This document shows, in pieces, positions 27,801-42,300 of a stretch of 64,000 nt of DNA; position 1 is the first letter of the stretch; every line of letters starts with the position of its first letter. Position numbers and translations under genes: made by a program. The notes beneath the pieces are model-generated. The model worked only from the letters and a program-made list of their open reading frames with translations. It made no database searches and was not told where the DNA came from. Source of the DNA: Trichoplax adhaerens (taxonomy: Eukaryota > Animalia > Placozoa); assembly GCF_000150275.1 (NCBI RefSeq), contig NW_002060949.1, positions 3,416,449-3,480,448 on the forward strand, in the 5' to 3' direction.

Positions 27801-30800
27801 AATAAAGTGGTTACACTTTGTGATATAGCTCTCGTGTAGCAGCAATTTTAATTGCGCTATATTTAATCTCTTAATATCGAGAAATTGTCAAGAAATCTAT
27901 ATTATTTGTACTATACTGTTTATATATGACGTGCTATTTTGTTGAACTGTTTGACAGTTTAGGATCTAACTACTGACAGTTATGCAGTTAGCACTAAAGT
28001 AGATAGATGCTTAACAAACTCTAGATTGTCTAAACTGGAAAATTCTCTTTATTCAAATTAATGTATCTATAGGAATAGCTAAGTAGGCAGTACTTACGTA
28101 TCATTACTCATACAGCATGAAATTTCTTTACAGATAAAGCAATCACTAAATTCGCATGATTAGGAACGAACATGGCTAATTGCGATACTTGGATATTTGT
28201 TACATTAGCGAAATCGGCAACTCTGGCATCAGTATAATTCATTTTTTTCACCTCTTTTAAAGATGATGCACTCGTAGAGGCACTTTTAACTCAATTCTAA
28301 TTCTTTTGGTGGTCGAAATTCTAGAGACATCTTTATTTACAGTTAAAATATGACTATCAATGACTAAAATATATAGTTCTATCATATCTATTTAGTGGCT
28401 ACACAACAGTACTAGTAAGTTATGCAGTCTGGCTCTTGAATTGATTTTAGAATCAATTATGCAGACGACAGAGCAACAGCTTAATATTAAGGTAATTACA
28501 CAATCACAATTAGTATTGAATCTATCATGCAGTAGCCATCATTTCATAATAAATATTCGATAGGAATCAATAACATGTAGACTAACATATTTATACTTTG
28601 TAGTTTGTACATAAATTAAAAATTTAATTGTTGCGAATTGTCATGGAAATGCACTACTATACGTTATTTTTAGATTGTGGAGTACACTGTACACAGAATT
28701 TATATTACAGTCAGATATTTAAACTAGTCAAAAATTCAATTTTCTTTAGAACTGAACCTTTTTTCACTTTATATTTAAATGTTTTATTATCCATTGCAAT
28801 AAATATTAGATGGAATTTATTAATTCGCATAATACTGTACTTTTAGGCCAGGTAATAAATGATATTGTAATAATACGTAGTCTTCTTTGATTCGTATTTT
28901 GAAAAGAAATAGTAACATCAAAGATGTCAGATAAATTTTCACTGTTGATTGCGTCAAATTGGCTGCTAATGGTAACTAAATTCTACTTCATGTCTTAATC
29001 TTTGGTAAATTTGCTAAATTTTGTAAGATTAAGCTATCTCAATCATTTGTCAGGACATTATTATTTCTAGTATCCTTTATGCAGTATCGCAGATGAGATA
29101 AGAATCGCATCGGTGAAATCTACATACGTTGTATTTATTGCAAAAATTATTATTACGAATCTCGAGTGCGCTTATAACTGTCAAATCCATGATCGCTTGA
29201 TCGTTATTTTACTCTACGGTAGAAGTGTCAAAATTCTTTAAATCGACGCAATAATAAAATCAAGATTGCTGTCATATAGTTATCTACACATATTTTAAAG
29301 CAAAAAATGAAATTGCCAATGTTTTACTACTTTAATTAACCACAATCACGAGCTATAGCAATGTTTTCCTTTACCGTATGACATAGCTCTTCTGTTAATC
29401 AAGATTTAATTTCTTTTATTCTATAGCAACGTCTAAGTGAGAAAAGGCACCAGGTAATTACTGTTATAAGTGTTACGGAATATTTTCATATTTCTACACG
29501 TATGCTACCCTTATCAGAGTGATTAAAACTGTCGCGATAATTCATTAATGGGCATTCGAATAAAACTGAATTAAGTTAGTACAGCAATCGCTTTTGTTTA
29601 TTTGCTGTTACAATTTTATAAATTGTCTATATACAGCTTAAGAAACGGATTTATGATGAAAACGATCGATTAAATATAGTACAGGAGTGTTAGCACATTA
29701 GCTAGGAGATTCAATAAATTTTGGTGCTTTAACTACGGTATGATTTATAATTACTTTTTCATCTTTTATTATATTTGATCATTTCCACATCGTAGTAATT
29801 TTCCCTCAACTGTATGAATCCTATTTGATTAATATACAATAACGGGAAAAATTAAGACTTTAAGTCAAAAAATTTTTAGCAACTATTTATCTTCATCTTG
29901 AAGTCTAAAGGTCTTTTCTATTATTATAATTTTGATGATAACTTTTACCTATTGATATTTAATAATACCTAGAATACATTTTATTATTAAAAAATAATCA
30001 TCATGATAATAATGATATACAAGTAATTAAAGAATAATGAAAAATTTTCGAAAATTAGATAAATAATATCGGTTATATCGTAACTTTAGATTAATATAAA
30101 TTACATCAACCGATTTCTAATGATTAATCATTTTCAACTTTTTTTACGAATCAATGACGATCTAGAGTATAGAACAATGCAGGTATACCTTTATTAAAAT
30201 TACCGGAATTTAGCACCTAAATAAAATGAAATAAATTTTAACTTTATAGAATTATATTAATTTCTCTTCATTTCAAAGCTATAAAACTTCGGAAGAAATA
30301 GCCTTGATCCATTTACATCTCACCCTTGTATAATAAACCAACTTTATTTGTTCTCTAAAGTAAATGTAATGGTTAAAAAATAAGTCCATTGCTGAATTTA
30401 TCTATTCTTTCTACAACTGTGCATAATTGATTAATAGGATAGACCTTATTGTCTACAATAAACTGGGGAGACTAACAAATTATAATTCACAAAAAACATT
30501 AATGTATGGATGTTAGGATTTAGAAAACTACAGATGTAGATCTCAGGCCTTTTCCTGGTGTTTTCTTATCGTTATAATAATCGAGCTAATTTATTGCTTA
30601 AGGAGTATAATAGTTTAAAACGACTTCTTCTTTAGACTACTTTATTCCTATCGTTAGTAGAAAAATGTAGCATACATAAATCGCACGTTAGTAATAACAC
30701 CGGTAAAAGTATTTCGATCACGCACGATGGTAAGTGATAATTTTTCTCGATGTATTGTTCAATCATGTAACAAAGTAGTAAAAATAATAAAAATAATCAA

Positions 30801-33800
30801 TGTTACGGTATATTGTATAGTATATTTTAATGCTCCTTTGAGAACTAATCAACCTTGGTTAAAGCTGGTTACTATTTATGAAGCTGATATAGAACAGAGT
30901 CAGCAGACTAATTAGTAGTTCTAAGGGAATAAGATCGTGATTCAATTTGAATTACTATTTAATATTTAATTATGTTTCTAATTATATCACAAAATACCAG
31001 ATGGTATAAATTAAAATATGGTTAGGTGATCGAATAATTTTATGTTAAAGCTATTATTGAATGTAAAAAACAATCGAATAGAAAAGAGTTGAATTTAAAT
31101 ATTTATAGGTCTTCCTGTATGCTAATATAATTGACTGCTCGACTATGCTTGTACTTATTCTTAGTAATATTACTTATAAAAAATCAAAAAATTAACATTC
31201 AAATAATACTATGTCAATACATTAATATTTTTATATATTTGATGAAACTTTATTCCTGTGTAATTCTAAAGTTTACTTGCTATCAACATTCTATGATAGG
31301 GTAACCATCAATTGTAACGTACATTTTCATTGTATTGGTAGCGATCAATTAATAATTAAACCTCAAATGGTACGAGTGCTACGCTATTTTAACAATTTAA
31401 GACAATATAGTATGGACTAATTAATATAATTTACAAGTCCATTTATTTTTAAATTGTCCATTCCTTGCCGATTTGCATCGATAAGATTACGACTTAGATA
31501 ACAATTAAGAACATCAATATAAGGCCTTTTTAGCCAAATTATTATTGTAAATTACTTTTAGATAGAAAATAATTCGATTTTCTCTACCTTTTTTGCAAAA
31601 ACATCATAATTAATAATTATATATATACGGTCACGTTCATATATACACAAATAGAATATTCTGTCGTACAAACCGTAATCCGGTATTAATTCTTACCATT
31701 CTAATGTATGCGTATACTTGAGTTGCAAAATAGTTTTACATTATAATGTATACAAGAATTTACTCTCAGACTAGGATAATTAATTAAGAAAATTAAAATA
31801 AGCTCTATATTCTCACATCTATTTCCGCTCTAGTCGTCAATCAAATAAAACAGTTTGTTATCTTTTATTGATGATATTAAGGTCAAGAACTAGATAATGA
31901 ATGATTTTCTCTAAAAGTCATGACATAGCTTAACAATATAGCGACTAACTTGTTTGTTAGGTTAAGAACTTTGTCTCCATTAACGTTGTTTTTGACTGTA
32001 ATAATTTTAGATTAGTCTAGAGGTCAGTCAAATAGTAATTTCTGGCCTTGTCGGTATTGTATACTGCACACTAGAGGTCCGTCATATGCCATTTTTTCTG
32101 ACTCTAATCTGGTCTAAAATATTTACATCAATTCCGCAATCCGAGCCGTTCATGACTAAGAAGCTAGGATTACCGTTTTGAATTTTTATCCGAATGACCT
32201 GTTAACAAATCGTAGCTATATTTAGCCCTTACAGAAAAGCAATATTGTTGTCATTACTCTATACAAATATGATTGTGACATCCGTAGCTCAGGATATTTG
32301 AAAAGTACAACGTTGCTATGTGATAAACGAATTGATCGCAATACTTTCAAAGTGCAACATCTGTTTATATATGCGATGCAATACAACAGTATACAATTAT
32401 TTTTCTACAGAATATAAGTGGTATCATTAATTATTGCTTTCTCTGTTATATAACACCTGCATTTAGTTTGTTATCTATCGTGCCGTGGAGACGTTAAGTT
32501 CTCTAGTCTATTTTATGCTGTAGTTTAATTCACTCACATAAACCAGGCCTTGGTGAACTCACTTAGAAGTATTTCTTTGCATAAATTATTACTAGCCTTT
32601 TATATCCATTTTACCCGTCTTCATTACACTGTTATTCAAAGAGGGCAAAAACTGTTGACAAAGAGCTCTTAAAATACGACATACATGTTTTTATACTAAA
32701 TACAAAATTGTTCAATCTGTATAAAATGTAAGAGAAAATAGAAAATTGCCGAGTCATTCTTAGCTTTTACTTCGATAGGCCTAAAAAGTGCAATAAATAC
32801 GCGTTGATCAGGTTCATTGCGTTACTATAAAATAGCTATGCCGCCCCTATAGCTACAATTATATAAATTGTACGCTGTTCTGTGATTTACAGTACACAAA
32901 TTTCACGGACATATTACCTACATCAGCACCGTTCATTATCAAATGTTTTACTACTTTTAGAGTCAGGCAAACACAACACGACATATTTATATCAAATTCT
33001 TGAATTTCAGTAACTTTGCAAAATGAGGATGTTTTGTACTTGACAGTACTGTATTCACTGCAATTGTGCAATATCCAATAGTTTATCTACGGCATAGTAT
33101 TGCATAGCCCCATTGAGCTACAAACAAATATTAATTTCTACTGCCTATGCAAATGTAGATAGCAAGCTAATAAAAAAGAAAACTACTTTTGAATATGATT
33201 TTGCGCATCGATACTCTATAGAATTATAATTACGTTGACTCTAGATATGTGCCTGACGAATGGCTGATGAATGTTTGCACGACGGTAGCATCGTATGATC
33301 TGATCGTTGCAGTAGTTAAATAAAATGGATCACCTAGTTATTTTCATGTTGTTTACGTTATCTTATCCTATCCAGTGCGTTTGTGCTAAGTTAGTTTCTT
33401 CTATTGCTGTTGAAGCTATGTTTTAAAGTTCCTCTGTCTTGATTTCCTCTTGCAATATTACAGCGTTTCTGTGTATTGAGTTGATGCAGCTAATTGAGGT
33501 CTGACCATCTTGCTCTTCCTGTAATCTCTGACAAGAGTGCAGCCTGGCCTTACATTATGCATGTCTATGTATACATATACTGTATCTTGGTATATATGTA
33601 CACGTATATATATATTCATATGTATAAGCGGCGTATACATAATGTACACATACGTATTGGTTGTAAAATTGTGCAACGTATCCAAAAGCTTTTAAATGGC
33701 TTCAACTGAAATTAACTAAATGCCATTAAATCAAGTTAAAGTTTATACCAGCCGAGAAATTAAGTATTGCTCTACAAGTAAAATAATATAGAACAAATTC

Positions 33801-34223
33801 TTGGCCAGATTTGCATTTCTATTACTATATTGTTAATGTCGAAGCTAGGGATTGGAAGCCCATTACACTATAGAATCAACCATAGTGATTAGAACTGAAT
33901 AATCTGATATCAAGTCCCCGTGTTCTACCATTCTATAGTAAGTGCAGGTTGCAGCTTGTGCCATGTGATTATCTGAGGTATATTTTATATAGCTTGTACT
34001 TTATGCGTTAGCTTACGTACGCGCACATTATAGTCGATAGGGAACGAGTGAATACTAATGACAGAGCTAAATACGACATCATACTGTCTCCGTATAGCAA
34101 TTGCCACTGACTTTATTTATTTATTTTAGTTTTTTGTCATTTTAATGACACGCATAGTATTTAAAAAATTTTAAATATGTAATACTAGATCAGTTTCTAT
34201 GAAATGTATTTTAAGTTATTTAA

Positions 34224-34900
34224 TTAAAATTAGACTATGTTAAACATATTTACTTTAAAGATTGAATACACCAATAGTTATGAAATTTCCTTAGTATAGT
34301 GTAGTAACTGTTAATCAAGACTTATCATTGACAGACTTGCGGTTATCAATTTATAGTCTGGTGCAGTGAGACTCCTTGCCGCTAATTCATTCAAATTAGA
34401 CCATGTTAAAGATGTTTATTTTAAAGATTGAATATGTTAACAGTTGTGAAATTCCTCAGTCTAGTGTAGTAACTGTTCGTCAAGACACATCATTCACAAA
34501 CACGCGCTTATCAATTTATAGTCTGACGCGGTAAGGTTCCTAGTCGCTTAACTATGATTCGACAATGTTGAACTATAGACTACTAGATTTATCTAGTAGT
34601 TCATGGTGAAACATATTTTATTTTTTAAGATTGAATGCGTTAATAGTTGTGAAATTTTCTTCGTACAGTATAGCGTAATAACCGTTAGTCAAGACCCGTC
34701 ATTGACAGACACGCGGATTATGAATTTATAGTTTTGCACGTGAAGTTCCTAGTTACTTCATTAAAATTAGACTATGTTTAATCGTGGACTACTAGATATA
34801 ACTAGATATAGCTAGATAAATCTAGTAGACCATGGTTCAACATTTTATTTTGAAGATTGAATGCGTCGATCGTTGTGCCGTTCGCTTAGTATAGTGTAGC
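34224..34900 (+). repeat. Tandem array of about 3.5 copies of a 170-200 bp unit, two copies with palindromic inserts
   Basis: Unit aaattagac(t/c)atgtt...aagattgaat...tagtgtagtaactgtt..tcaagac...aatttatagt starts near 34224, 34391, 34555 and 34761. Confidence 0.9.
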
Positions 34901-35799
34901 AAACACTTGATGCACGCTAGTATTAAAGTTAGACAATCGGAACTGGAAATAAAAGCGTACTACACAACAGAACAATCGCTTTCTCCACAAGACTGTAAAG
35001 CGCAAGCGCGTCCAAACTTTGCGGACGCCCTCACCAAAGTCACCATACAGTACAGAAATACTGTACTGTACAGTACAGTACAGTACTCCAGTGCAGGGCT
35101 ACAATACTGTACACTGTGCAGTATATACTGTAGTCGACCGTCATTAGCTGCATGATGACAGTGATATACAACAGTGGTTTCTATGGATTTCAGCGCTGAA
35201 CAAAATACTTGCTATGATCGACAGTTGATCACTATTTTAAGCTGCTGACTACCACTGAGGAATGAAGATAATATGAGTCATATAATCAATCAAATACGTC
35301 ATGTTGTCGTTGTTATTCTATTTCAAATTCAAGTTCAAGTTATAAGTTATTAGAATGACAACATTGCCAATGTTGGATCTATCTATCTATACTGTGGATT
35401 AACCATGACGCCAGTTATAGATTTATTCCTCTTTGTAGCCTACTGTAGAGTGGAATTTGTTTTGTATGCAAAACAGTAATACGTATGATACAGTCAATGT
35501 GTAGTGAATGAATATCAATAACGATTGCTACATTTGTAGTACAACTTGAACAAGATTGTACTCTTCCCCTCTCTGTTGTTCATAAAGTGTAGCTTATAAA
35601 TGATTGATGGTATATCCTCATCATCAATACCGTAATTAAGCCTGCAATTTTTCTCTTTCATAGTAAAACACTCTCCTGACTCATAAATCAACTGCAGAAC
35701 GAAAACACCAAACATAGTCCAAAACAAGACGCTATTTAGAAGTGAAACTGGTTTGGATATAAACAATCTTTTTCTCTAACGTCATGGCCTTTAGCGGTC

Positions 35800-36190
35800 G
35801 CTGATTGGCTAATCGATCAAACCAGAACATAGATTGATGCGTCATCGGCTTTCCAGTTCTAGTGTTGTCGCTCTACAGTACTGTACAGCAATAACAGGCT
35901 CAGGCGAATACAGTACAGTACTGTACATTGTACTGTGCACTGTACACGGTACACTCTGGCCTATTTTCAGATTGGTGGATTAGTCAGTACGTTGAGCCGG
36001 TTGAGGCACCGGTTGTCGACCATTGATACAAGCGTACAGCGCCCACCACGAGTCCTATATTGGATACAGTCTTTCTTAATACAAACTGCCATTGGTCATT
36101 GCTAGTTACAACAGTATATATAGAACGTATGAAACTTTTTTTATTTATGTATAGGACTAACCAATGCCAGTGAAAACATTCACGTCAAAG
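35800..36190. promoter_or_regulatory. Putative GLDC promoter (CCAAT boxes plus TACAGTA cluster)
   Basis: ctgattggct near 35800, tacagta/tactgta cluster 35874-35955, further attgg/ccaat near 35971, 36059, 36091 and 36161, tcacgtca near 36180. Locally GC-richer than the flanks. Confidence 0.5.
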
Positions 36191-36370
36191 AGTGTTTTTT
36201 CTTTTTATTTTTGGAGGGGGTTATTGCTGTAATATAAAGCTATCATTCCATTCTTTAAACATCACCATCTGTATTCAATTCGTAAGGACAGCTTGGGAGG
36301 AAATTTGCCTACGATAGAAATCGACTTTGATCTTGTAAAAGTATAGCGGAAAACTCACTTGGCTCTCGCA

Positions 36371-39300
36371 ATGTATCGACTCAGTCGTTACGCTCGTTTG
36401 ACTACAGCCTTGGTATCGTCGAGTAGAGGCATCGTTCATCAAGGTCGACGAAGATGCGCTACAGAATTGTCAGTGGAAATGCAATCGGATTCGGCTGAGA
36501 GTAGAAATGCAATGGTGGATGCTGGTAAAAAGGGCACTATATATCAATCAGTTCTACCTGCAAGTGATTCCTTTATCAGACGCCATATCGGTCCAGGACC
36601 ACAGGAACAAGCTGCTATGTTACAAGAATTAGGCTTACAGGTAAAAAGCGTACACAACGAGTTGTTATCTTGACTGTATTCAACAGCATAGTCTACTGTT
36701 TGTCCATGTTATTTTCACCTTGCAACGGCTCAAAAGGACAAGCACTAAATCAACTCTTGGATACCTTTTCCATCACTGGATACGCACTAACATGAGAAGT
36801 CTGTATAAAAAATTACTCCAGCCACTACCATGAACTGTCGTCGAATAAGATAACCCTATTGTCAATGAATACAACTAGCACTCCACTATGGACAGTCAAC
36901 TACAGTAAACATCATCATCATCATCAATCAATGACTTTGTCCAACTGAAACCGAGCACTCTATTGACTGACAAGAAGTAAAACTTGATCCAACTAATGCA
37001 ATCCCATCTTAAGCATACGTAGTCAGGAAATGACTTTGATTGCACTACTATTGTAAGCAATTATCTTCTATTAGAAATAATGGCTGGTCAGCTACTGCAC
37101 TTTACTTTCCAGGAGTCAGGAAATTAGCCACTTTTATGGTAATGGTAGTCCAAGGTTTCGTAACCGAGGTCAACTACCATGATTTTATGGGTATTTCTAT
37201 CAATCCAAAAACTGCGATCACTGTAGCCCATTTCATTACTCTTTAATCGTGCAAAAGATGCCTGATGTATTGGATACAGCAATTTCATCTTACAATATCC
37301 CATTTCGATATGAAATTTGACACATTTAATAGCATTAGATTACTAAATGATAATAATTTTATTAGTCATGATGCAGTAGACTCACAATTGGATCTTTCTG
37401 TAGTCAATTGAGGAACTAATTGACCTGTCCGTGCCGGAAAATATCCGTATAAATCATCAGTTGAATTTACAAGAGCCTTACGGTGAGTACCACAATGGAT
37501 TGTATCGAAATTTTAGAAATGTCATAGCACTTATCAACCGCTGTATAGTAATTCAACTTTTCATTTGGATAACCTCAATGAATACCACCATTTATCCTAC
37601 ATGAGTCATGCATGAATGCTTACACAGTTGTGACTGAAATAAATGCCATAGTTTCTTTTGTAATTGTACTACTGTCAATCTGATAACATCTATTACTGCA
37701 TGCATTTGAACTTCTTACTATAACAGGTATTATTCAACAACACTATTGACACTTCTACACATATTGCATCTATATCACCAGATGAACGCAAGCTTTCCCT
37801 TAGAATTCAAAAAATTGCAGAAGAAAATAGAATTTTCCGATCCTATATTGGTATGGGCTATGCCGATTGTGTCGTTCCTAAGTGTATTAGAAGAGGTCTC
37901 TTTGAAAATGCTGGATGGTAAGTGCTAAAAATGACGTACAAGCTGAATAGGTAGCAGCCAACTCAATACCTAACTCGAAAGTATTCTTGCCAGGAATACT
38001 ATCACTGTAATACTCTTAACTTATTTTATAGAAGTACATATACAGTAGAAGTAGCCATCGAGAATATACAGTAAATACTGACCCTATGCATAAACTTTTA
38101 TCAGTCGTGTACTTTAAAATTGAATTGAACGAACTTGGCGATAATGCAAGCTCAGCGTTACTAATGTAGTGAGTCATCATCTGAAGCTACAAAATTGAAT
38201 TTTCCAAATTATAATTCCAAGCTTGGATTGATTTCTGTCTCGCAAACAAAAATTGATCAATTTCTTTAATAAGCTAGTTATCCTAGGCAAATTAAAATTT
38301 TACGGTTATATTAGGCGTATTTCTTCGATATCCTCCCTGCATAAACAATACAAGAGTAGGCTGACGTACAGTACTACAAACCTTCCTTACGTATTAACGT
38401 ATTAATCTGCTATGATTCTGATAAAATTCTAAATTTAGTGTTTATGTGCTGAATAATGCTGCGCTGTTTAATTTACTTAATCAAGCGTACAACGCTATGC
38501 AAATGTTCGAGAACGGCTAGCGGTCAGCATTCTTAAACACTGTCACTTCGTATTCTCTGTGTTATAGTATCGCTTTTATTGGATCTTTAGCACTTTGTTC
38601 TAAATTCTAGTCATTAACTATAATTTCGAAGTACTAATGATAAGAACGTAACGTGCATTCCATGCTATACGTATTGCACCATTGCAAGGCATCAGAAGTA
38701 TTTTTACCATTCAATTCTTTTAAAGAATGATATCTAGCGTGAATCTCTACAAGTATTACAAAATTGCTCTGATATAACATTCTACTATCTGTGTGGTAGG
38801 CGATTCTTGATTCATACCAACATAGTTGGCTTTTAAATTTGAAGTCTTTTTCACACTTTGATCGCAACTTTAGTACCGTGCTGGTAGCTCATATTGACCC
38901 CATTAGTGTAGACGATTTTTTATACTTTTTTTTCGACTTTCCTAGCAGTACTCATGACACCACAATTTTCGTATTACCCATACGATATTCTCAATCACTA
39001 AATTTATGGCATCATTAGTGATACATAGTTACTAAACCTACAGTATTCCTATTGGCATCAGTTACAAGTATGATTCCCTTCACTTTATGCTAGACCACGA
39101 CCAATCATGCTCATCAATACTATTGTGAGTAGAGATACACGTATTGGTATGCTTATAACATTTGATTTGCATGCTTCAAATTATATTTTAAAATTTTTAA
39201 TTAGGTACTGACAATAATTCTGCTAACATGATGCACAAAAATAATATTTGTTCTTGTCCTTACGACTTTATACAGTAAATCTTTCAACTATTGATTTAGG

Positions 39301-42300
39301 ATTACCCAATATACACCATACCAGCCGGAAATCTCGCAGGGCAGACTAGAAAGTTTATTAAATTATCAAACTATGGTTTCGGATTTAACGGGATTGCCAA
39401 TGGCTAATTCATCATTACTGGATGAAGGTACAGCTGCAGCGGAAGCTATGTCTTTGTGTTTTCGGTAAGAGCTATTCATCATAGGATGCCTTACTTTATT
39501 TCTTGGCACATTATATTTTAGATATGTCGTGCATGTATAGAAGAAAGTTATTAATACCCTTGTCCATAAATCGTTTCTATTCAAATTTTACCAAATTTAC
39601 AGTACAGAAATATACTACTGCAGGTTATATTTAGTAGCTTACATCAGTTTACACTACACTACAGATAAGCATCGGATATTTTACGGTACATAGTACTGAT
39701 ATAACTTTTAATCTGCTGTTCATCATATGCAGTGCATAAAGCAGCACATTAGAGCAATGTAGCAAATAATTAGTCCTAATATTCAGACTTCCTTAGGTTT
39801 TCAGTTTTCGAACTTGAACCAATACGTATTCATTAATTATATATTGTACCAAGTACATGCATATGTACCATATAGTACCTAGGATTAAATTCATGTTGAA
39901 ATGCGGGGCAAATAGAAGATACTCAAAAGTATTAGACGCTACTCAGCTAGTATAGCCTTCTTAAAAAAGAAATTTATACAAGCTAGGGTTGATGTCATGT
40001 AAATGAGTGAATTACTAAACGCTTATATTTTGTAATCCGAATGTTATGTTCAGTTTTTCTAGCATTCAGTAAGTGCAGTAGGAATTATTATTTAAATAAT
40101 CTGTGCAACGATAGTACTATAGCTATCGAGATTCTTAAAGATCCAATAACATTTAAATATATTATCATAAACATCTAATGTACAAATTTAATGATCCATA
40201 ATTAAGTACTCAACGACCGACAATTTACACTCGGTATGTTTACATTGAGCACACTGATCTCTAGTACACCTCGATATGCACTGCTGTTGTAGCCTATATG
40301 GGGACTAAATTAACTCCAATGCTGAGGTATTCGGTGTACTTACGGTGAAGTTCCGCTGATTCAATATTACTGTAACACAAGTTCAGCCAAAAAAAACGTT
40401 AGGGGGCTACCCTAGCTTCACATAACCGTTCCTAATCAGGAGGCTCGCTAGATATCTCCCAATCGTTTCCGCTTTACTATGCATAGGGTTGGACCCTATA
40501 CAAACTGTATCAGCCGTATCTACGCATTTATAAGGTAGTCAATTATGAATTACTCCAATTATGGGATACCGATGACGTCATCGATACAGATGGACATAAG
40601 CTTGGAAAGGGCAGCTTCTACCTTTAGTACAGTAGTCCCTGGTTACAGTATATGAATATTACTGCAAAGCCAGATTTACGGTCTTACCACGGCATGAGTA
40701 TACCTTACATTGACTTTTGAGTAGCGACATAGAATGCAATGATGGAAAAATCTGGAGTTATGAATAGCTAGGCTTACAGTGATATCAAGCACGCCACTCG
40801 GTAAAGGGTAAATTGACTAAATTCTGTTCACTTAATCCCCTTTGCGTATATTATTTCATAAATAAATGCCGATACCATTCCGTAATAGCCGCGATATATT
40901 CACACTATGGGCAGTAAATAGAAATACTATACTGGAGACTTAACAATTAATATATAACTTAAATTTTTAAACACTATTATCGTTATAGGCATTTTATCAG
41001 AGATAAACATAAGAACAAATTCTTAGTGGATGAACAATGCCATCCTCAAACTATTGCTGTGGTCAAGACACGAGCTAGGTTAAGAGAATGGAAATTGACA
41101 TATTTGCTTTTTCGCTATTGTTTACTATAGTTATTAAGAGATTAATTTATTGCTTGCTTTATTATAGCCCTGTTAACGCGAAAGTAATTGTTGGTCCTTA
41201 TAAAGACTTCGATTTTACTGGCGGTGACGTAGCTGGGGTACTTATTCAGTACCCTGATACCAATGGCGCTGTGTACGACATTGAACAGTTGATACAAAAG
41301 ATACATGAGAATGGGGTTTGTAGTAATTAATAATAATGTTACCTAGTGGACAAACTTTCAAAATCCACCAGCTTATACAATTCTTATATGATGAACGGCA
41401 GGCATTAGCTGTTTGTGCAACAGATCTTCTTGCTTTAACACTCTTGAAACCACCCGGAGAATTTGGAGCTGACATCTGCATTGGTAACAGTCAGCGATTT
41501 GGTGTTCCTCTCGGTAATATTATTTGCTTTGCAATATGTTTAACTATTAGCTTTAATCTTATAGTTAGCTCTTATAATAATGATACTATTTTTACACAAG
41601 CTATCTAATAGAAAATATGAAAATTATATTAAAAAGCCTGCTTAAATAGCATATTGTTTTAAAAAGCTCTTGTAAATTTTCATAAAAGTGTTAAATTTCT
41701 GTGATGTAAACGTAGGTTACGGAGGCCCTCATGCGGCTTTTTTCGCTACTCGAGCAGATATGGCTAGGTTAATTCCAGGAAGAGTGATTGGAGTTTCTAA
41801 GTAAGAAAAATAATATTTTTACGCTTAGATTAAATGACTGTCACTTTCATTTTAAAAGTATTAAAGACTCCTTGCGTCATATTAACAGAGACACTGAAAA
41901 CAATCCAGCCTTTCGATTGGCATTACAAACTCGCGAACAACATATTAGAAGAGCGAAAGCAACTAGTAATATTTGTACGGCTCAGGTATATAACATAGTG
42001 ATAATCACTTTAGTAACTAAAATTCATCAATGATCTCTACATTTTACCAATAAATAAATATTGTAAATCTTCTAATTATAAATATCCCTGGTATTGAGAG
42101 GCAGTCATCGAGTTGCGTAGGAGTTACTAGCAAAGTGATGGTTTAATCTGTTATTTTCGCATCTCTAATGGCATATAAACTTACTGCAGGCATTATTGGC
42201 TAATATGTCAGCTATGTATGCAGTGTATCATGGGCCGAAAGGATTAAAAGAAATAGCTACAAGAGTACACAATGCCGCGTTATTGTTAGCCGAAGGTTAG

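Noticed and set aside
32859-33071. Ankyrin-like peptide VVKHLIMNGADV on the minus strand
   Set aside because: Only about 12 residues, with no flanking ankyrin consensus or linkable exons; likely chance.
35515-35766. 83-aa minus-strand ORF upstream of GLDC
   Set aside because: TTG start and no recognisable homology; kept only as part of a possible non-coding divergent transcript.
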